DNA from: a virus
Taxonomy: Duplodnaviria > Heunggongvirae > Uroviricota > Caudoviricetes
Reading direction: 5' to 3' (one strand)
Virus record (IMG/VR): IMGVR_UViG_2778261086_000006
Location: 1-12,178 of that record
DNA: 12,178 nucleotides
Shown: piece after piece, positions 8,341-12,178 of the stretch
Position numbering within the stretch: the first letter of the stretch is position 1
Layout: the number at the start of each line of letters is the position of its first letter
Made by a program: the position numbers and the translations under genes
Notes under the pieces: model-generated
What the model was told of the DNA's origin: nothing
Database searches by the model: none
Seen by the model: the letters and a program-made list of their open reading frames with translations, nothing else

Positions 8341-8502
8341 TCAAGCTGCCGGATAAGCTGCACGACGGGCAGCAGGTATTGGCGCGTCACACTCTTCGCA
8401 AACCAGCGCAGAAACACCGCAATGCTTTACCCTTGCCGCGTTAATCTGGCGCTCCAGTAATTCAGCCTGTTGTTCCTGAATAAAATCCACGTTGTCCGGC
8501 AT
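8341..8502 (-). CDS. Small TraR/DksA-type zinc-finger-like ORF (orf82 position), 53 codons, apparently truncated
   Basis: ATG at 8500-8502 overlaps the orf81-like stop. Translation MPDNVDFIQEQQAELLERQINAARVKHCGVSALVCEECDAPIPAARRAAYPAA then TGA. The CEEC-x-IPxxRR knuckle is present but the second CxxC is missing; downstream in-frame sequence (..TLCQPGKND) looks like a degenerate remnant. Confidence 0.4.
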   Translation of the reverse strand: MPDNVDFIQEQQAELLERQINAARVKHCGVSALVCEECDAPIPAARRAAYPAA

Positions 8503-8804
8503 TACCAGCTCCTTTTGTCGTTCAGTTTCTTAAATTCATCAGCGCAATAGCTGGCAATTTCAGCCGTTACTTTTGTCAGTTCGTCTACGGAGGAAATTTG
8601 CTTGTGAAATACAGCGCGTTTCACAAGTAAATTGACCACATCAGACAGGAGGTTTAATTCGTTCTGATAAATCGCGATAACAGATTCAGTTATTTCGTGT
8701 TTTTCTTTATCAAGCCTAAGTTGAATAAGAGACAAATCGCCATTTTTCATAACGGAGATTTTTAAGGCATTGTTCAGTAATACAATTGAACGAGAACAGG
8801 ACAT
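8502..8804 (-). CDS. P2 early-operon orf81-like protein (100 aa from ATG)
   Basis: ATG at 8802-8804 (the track start at 8807 is a TTG). Lies between the orf80-like and orf82-like ORFs as in the P2 early operon. Confidence 0.65.
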   Translation of the reverse strand: MSCSRSIVLLNNALKISVMKNGDLSLIQLRLDKEKHEITESVIAIYQNELNLLSDVVNLLVKRAVFHKQISSVDELTKVTAEIASYCADEFKKLNDKRSW

Positions 8805-9028
8805 CAAAGCACCTCCCCGCGAGACAATCCGATATTGTGAAATTTTTCCGACTCCTGACTGAGCAGCTCGACTATCTCCACGCGGGATAACTCCGCCTTT
8901 GTGATGTGGCGAATCATGGCGTCAAGATGAGAAGAAAAGCGCGTCGCTGCATCGGCCTGTGCTTCGGTTCTGGCCTGTTGCAGCAGTAATGCGTATTTAC
9001 CGCACTGATTTTCAGAAACTATATGCAT
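8804..9028 (-). CDS. P2 early-operon orf80-like protein, 74 aa
   Basis: ATG at 9026-9028. Position directly downstream of B in the early operon. Confidence 0.65.
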   Translation of the reverse strand: MHIVSENQCGKYALLLQQARTEAQADAATRFSSHLDAMIRHITKAELSRVEIVELLSQESEKFHNIGLSRGEVL

Positions 9029-9091
9029 GACTTTCTCCAGGCAAAAAGAAGCCCCGCACGATTAAGTGCGTTAAAAACTCTGGTTAATTAT

Positions 9092-9592
9092 TTAATGCAG
9101 ATATTGCTCTGGTTTAACCGACGTCAGAATTGTCGGTGCATACTCAAACAGGCTGAATAATTCACGTAATGCACGGAATAAAGCATCACGCCAGTAACAT
9201 GACTCTTCATTAATTCGCCAGTATGGCTGGTTGAATTCTTTTTCAGTCAATCCGGCATGCATAAATAAAGTACGACGCTGACTGACTGTTAAAAAACTAA
9301 TATATGCATACTCACTTGCGCCAACCTGACGGCGTTTTGAGAATGCACCACGCAATTCATCAATTGCACATACCAGTCGTTCACGTTCGACGTCGTTCAT
9401 TTCTTCAAAACACATCGTTGCGTGACGCTGTTTTAACTGAGCATGGAAGCAAACCGTTAACCGTTCGCGCTCCATCATCTGATTATAATAATCGCATGTC
9501 TCCTGCCAGCGAGGGACGGCCAGATGCTTACCAATTATCCGGCGCATAGCTGCTGGCTGTTTTTCAACGAGATTGAGCGTCATCACTGTCAT
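9092..9592 (-). CDS. B: Replication protein B (P2 gpB-like), 166 aa
   Basis: ATG at 9590-9592 overlapping the orf78-like stop. Length and synteny cox-orf78-B match P2. Confidence 0.8.
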   Translation of the reverse strand: MTVMTLNLVEKQPAAMRRIIGKHLAVPRWQETCDYYNQMMERERLTVCFHAQLKQRHATMCFEEMNDVERERLVCAIDELRGAFSKRRQVGASEYAYISFLTVSQRRTLFMHAGLTEKEFNQPYWRINEESCYWRDALFRALRELFSLFEYAPTILTSVKPEQYLH

Positions 9593-9759
9593 TTCCAGAC
9601 CCTCCGGCTTTTCAGAAAGGTCAGAGCCTTTTTTAACGGACTCTGTTTTTTGGTGCGGATAATGATTCCCTTACGCCCCTTACCGTGGGTGATGGTGAAG
9701 TCAATCGCCCTGGGGCTTTCGTTACGCAATAACTGAGCAATACAACGAGGCTCATTCAT
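9589..9759 (-). CDS. P2 orf78-like small early protein (56 aa from ATG)
   Basis: ATG at 9757-9759 preceded by AAGGAGAA Shine-Dalgarno. The track's 64-aa version starts at a GTG (9781-9783) inside cox. Confidence 0.6.
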   Translation of the reverse strand: MNEPRCIAQLLRNESPRAIDFTITHGKGRKGIIIRTKKQSPLKKALTFLKSRRVWK

Positions 9760-9769
9760 ACGGTTCTCC

Positions 9770-10045
9770 TTAACGTGGTTCACCGAGACCTAACCACATC
9801 AACCAGCCGTCACGAATCTCTTTAGGACGGCTTTCATAAGCCAGTTTTAGTCCGTTATTCCATGCCGGAAGGTATACCCAATATTCACCAGCACGCCCCG
9901 ATACTGACTGAGGGTCAGTAATCTCAATAACTGGTAATTTCCCTTTCTCAATCATGCCCCTTACAGCTCTTGGAGTTTTACCAATGAGTTTTGCAAACTC
10001 CTGATAAGGCACGGCATCAGTCACGCTTACAAGCTGTCTATTCAT
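9770..10045 (-). CDS. cox: Cox, excisionase and repressor of Pc (91 aa)
   Basis: ATG at 10043-10045. Protein ...DAVPYQEFAKLIGK...GKLPVIEITDPQSVSGRAGEYWVYLPAWNNGLKLAYESRPKEIRDGWLMWLGLGEPR matches recalled P2 Cox. Divergent from C. Confidence 0.9.
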   Translation of the reverse strand: MNRQLVSVTDAVPYQEFAKLIGKTPRAVRGMIEKGKLPVIEITDPQSVSGRAGEYWVYLPAWNNGLKLAYESRPKEIRDGWLMWLGLGEPR

Positions 10046-10166
10046 CTGCTACGATTCTCCCTTAGTGCTTCTAATGGCTCCTAATGGCTAATTATTGCCT
10101 AAAAGGATAACTCCAGAAGCACAACATTTCACACTATCAGCAAGAAATTACGCAATCGGAGTAATT
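10046..10166. promoter_or_regulatory. Pe/Pc immunity-switch region between cox and C, with tandem 10-bp direct repeats CTAATGGCTC / CTAATGGCTA (10071-10090)
   Basis: Divergent cox and C genes flank this 121-bp region. The tandem repeat is read directly and is a candidate operator (C and Cox both recognise direct repeats in P2). Promoter hexamers not mapped. Confidence 0.5.
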
Positions 10167-10466
10167 ATGTCAATAGACGTTTCGGAGAAGTTGAAGCTAA
10201 TCCGTGAATCTGAAAGGTTAAACCGTAAAGAATTCAGTGAATTAACTGGTGTAGCCTACAGCTCACTTTCGAGCTATGAGAGCCGGTCAAAAAACGCTGG
10301 AGTTGAAGCCATAATGAAGGTCTTACAACATCCCAGATTTACTAAATATACTTTGTGGTTCATGACTGATCAGGTAGCTCCAGAAGCCGGGCAAATTGCG
10401 CCCGCTCTCGCACACTTTGGGCAAAACGAAACAACGTCGCCCCACTCCGGTCAAAAGACTGGTTAA
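10167..10466 (+). CDS. C: Immunity repressor C (P2 C-like), 99 aa
   Basis: ATG at 10167-10169 with GGAG 6 nt upstream. The C-terminal half (...FTKYTLWFMTDQVAPEAGQIAPALAHFGQNETTSPHSGQKTG) matches recalled P2 C. The 123-aa track ORF starts at an upstream TTG. Confidence 0.88.
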   Translation: MSIDVSEKLKLIRESERLNRKEFSELTGVAYSSLSSYESRSKNAGVEAIMKVLQHPRFTKYTLWFMTDQVAPEAGQIAPALAHFGQNETTSPHSGQKTG

Positions 10467-10581
10467 CAATTTATCGTGAATATATTCATCACAAGTGCCT
10501 ACTATTGGTGGCTAAATTTCAGCCACCACGAAAAAAGCGATTAGTAGTAGCAAAAAAAAGTACCACTCGGAGGGTTTTCTG

Positions 10582-11595
10582 ATGGCAATCAAAAAACTCG
10601 ATGATGGTCGATATGAAGTGGACATCCGCCCTACTGGACGTAACGGAAAACGCATCCGTAGGAAGTTTGATAAGAAAAGCGAAGCTGTCGCTTTCGAAAA
10701 ATACACGTTGTACAACCACCACAATAAAGAATGGCTATCAAAACCAACAGACAAACGACGTCTGTCGGAACTGACACAGATCTGGTGGGATTTAAAGGGT
10801 AAACACGAAGAGCATGGGAAATCTAATCTTGGAAAAATTGAAATCTTCACAAAAATAACGAATGACCCATGCGCATTTCAAATCACGAAATCCCTTATCA
10901 GCCAGTACTGCGCCACCCGAAGAAGTCAGGGTATTAAACCTTCGAGTATCAATCGTGATTTAACATGTATTAGCGGCATGTTTACAGCCCTGATTGAAGC
11001 GGAGTTATTCTTTGGTGAGCACCCTATCAGAGGGACAAAGAGGCTTAAGGAGGAAAAACCAGAAACAGGCTATCTCACACAGGAAGAAATTGCCTTACTG
11101 CTTGCAGCACTTGACGGCGACAACAAAAAGATTGCGATTCTTTGCCTGAGTACAGGAGCACGTTGGGGAGAAGCAGCTCGTTTGAAAGCAGAAAATATCA
11201 TCCATAACCGCGTCACGTTTGTTAAAACGAAAACAAACAAACCACGCACCGTCCCGATCTCAGAGGCTGTTGCCAAAATGATCGCGGATAACAAACGAGG
11301 TTTTTTATTCCCTGATGCTGATTACCCTCGCTTCAGACGAACAATGAAAGCAATAAAACCGGATTTGCCAATGGGGCAAGCCACACATGCACTAAGGCAC
11401 AGCTTTGCCACTCATTTCATGATTAATGGAGGAAGTATTATCACGCTACAACGGATACTAGGTCACACGCGGATTGAGCAAACTATGGTTTACGCTCATT
11501 TTGCGCCAGAGTACCTTCAGGACGCCATTTCTCTTAATCCGCTAAGAGGTGGTACTGAGGCCGAGAGTGTCCACACAGTGTCCACAGTAGAGTAA
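10582..11595 (+). CDS. int: Tyrosine integrase (P2 Int-like), 337 aa
   Basis: ATG at 10582-10584 with GGAGGG upstream. C-terminal catalytic motifs present (..ATHALRHSFATHF...LGHTRIEQTMVYAHF). Lies next to attR downstream of C, as in P2. Confidence 0.9.
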   Translation: MAIKKLDDGRYEVDIRPTGRNGKRIRRKFDKKSEAVAFEKYTLYNHHNKEWLSKPTDKRRLSELTQIWWDLKGKHEEHGKSNLGKIEIFTKITNDPCAFQITKSLISQYCATRRSQGIKPSSINRDLTCISGMFTALIEAELFFGEHPIRGTKRLKEEKPETGYLTQEEIALLLAALDGDNKKIAILCLSTGARWGEAARLKAENIIHNRVTFVKTKTNKPRTVPISEAVAKMIADNKRGFLFPDADYPRFRRTMKAIKPDLPMGQATHALRHSFATHFMINGGSIITLQRILGHTRIEQTMVYAHFAPEYLQDAISLNPLRGGTEAESVHTVSTVE

Positions 11596-11664
11596 CGTTT
11601 AAGGGCTTTCAGTGGTAATTTATGCCGCTCAAACCCGCATTGTACCGTTGAAAGCCCCTACTGG

Positions 11665-11691
11665 TGACACCCTAAATCTCCCTTACACGGG
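11665..11691. repeat. attR core: second copy of the 27-bp direct repeat, followed by one extra T
   Basis: Identical to 1507-1533. Located ~70 bp downstream of the int stop. Confidence 0.85.
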
Positions 11692-11765
11692 CTTATTTTT
11701 TTATGCATAAGCCCTATCTCTGGTAACCGTCTTCCATTGACCACATCGATAGAATCCTCCTTCAT

Positions 11766-11798
11766 AGCACGATGCCTTTCACTTATCGGCATCGTGCT
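11766..11798. other. Perfect 11-bp inverted repeat AGCACGATGCC...GGCATCGTGCT (hairpin, 11-nt loop) between attR and yegR
   Basis: Read directly. Lies downstream of the yegR stop on the minus strand but has no U-run on either strand, so it is not a canonical intrinsic terminator. Confidence 0.3.
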
Positions 11799-11860
11799 CC
11801 CACAGGTTCCGGCTACGCACAGCCAGAACGCGCATATTTGACGCTTACCAAAAAATATTC

Positions 11861-12178
11861 TCACTCTCCACATTTGAATGTCAGACGAGCGACACCATGT
11901 AATCCTACACCTTCTGTCTTCAGCTCAACTATTTGCATTTTTTTGCCCTGAGTAACACAGAAATGAGTTGCATCATTTTTTACTATATTTTCTGCACCAG
12001 ATATTCTACCCCTGGCTAAAGAAGCTTCGGCTTCGGTGTAGTATTGGTTATCGAGTTTACGCTGAATATTACTTTTATATGCAAGACCAAATTTACCGAT
12101 ACTTGTCTCATCATTATGCACAGCACAACCAGACATAATAAAAATACTAATTAATGATATAGCAGCTATCTTTTTCAT
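11861..12178 (-). CDS. yegR: YegR-like small lipoprotein, 105 aa, complete
   Basis: ATG at 12176-12178 (window edge). N-terminal signal peptide with lipobox (IMSGC). Length and position match E. coli yegR near cyaR/ogrK. Confidence 0.8.
   Translation of the reverse strand: MKKIAAISLISIFIMSGCAVHNDETSIGKFGLAYKSNIQRKLDNQYYTEAEASLARGRISGAENIVKNDATHFCVTQGKKMQIVELKTEGVGLHGVARLTFKCGE

Larger units (their letters stand above)
1507..11691. mobile_element. P2-like (Peduovirus-type) prophage remnant, ~10.1 kb, internally deleted and defective
   Basis: Bounded by 27-bp direct repeats. Gene content and order follow P2 (ogr-D-U-T'...I-J-W-V-[moron]-S-R ... orf81-orf80-B-orf78-cox-C-int). No capsid, terminase, lysis, sheath/tube, fibre or A genes present. 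Confidence 0.85.

Noticed and set aside
9029-9091. Short hairpin (CGCAC-GATTAA-GTGCG) between B and orf80-like as an internal terminator
   Set aside because: Only a 5-bp stem with a weak T-tract; more likely incidental within the early operon.
10512-10850. 112-aa minus-strand ORF overlapping the int start and C-int intergenic hairpin
   Set aside because: Antisense to the well-supported integrase 5' end; no independent support.
1507-11691. Complete, inducible P2 prophage
   Set aside because: The element is ~10 kb versus ~33 kb for P2 and lacks terminase/capsid (Q-L), lysis, sheath/tube (FI/FII), fibre (H/G) and replication (A) genes.
11658-11873. 71-aa minus-strand ORF spanning attR and the attR-yegR spacer
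   Set aside because: Crosses the attachment-site repeat and overlaps the 5' part of yegR. Cys-rich, low-complexity translation with no Shine-Dalgarno; likely spurious.
1-12178. CRISPR arrays, tRNA/rRNA genes, IS elements
   Set aside because: No regularly spaced repeat-spacer structure, no tRNA-like cloverleaf candidates and no transposase-like ORFs or terminal inverted repeats were seen. The only RNA gene recognised is CyaR.

Overview
The window covers an E. coli-type chromosomal locus, yegQ - cyaR - [insert] - yegR, interrupted by a ~10.1 kb P2-like prophage remnant. The remnant is integrated at the 3' end of the CyaR sRNA gene and bounded by a 27-bp direct repeat (1507-1533 and 11665-11691). 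It retains the integration/immunity module (int, C, cox, orf78-like, B, orf80-like, orf81-like), the late activator ogr, and a partial tail/baseplate set (R, S, V, W, J, I-like, U, D). Replication gene A, old/tin, capsid/terminase, lysis, sheath/tube and fibre genes are absent, implying at least two internal deletions (junctions near 8279-8345 and 3866-4120). The main candidate for an undescribed function is a 251-codon, AT-rich ORF (6608-7363, minus strand; about 32% GC in a sampled 60 nt) inserted between S and V, carrying a Cys4 zinc-finger HNH-type nuclease motif. All protein-family assignments rest on reading the six-frame translations and recalling phage P2 and E. coli K-12 proteins from memory; no database search was run, and P2 protein lengths quoted are recollections.
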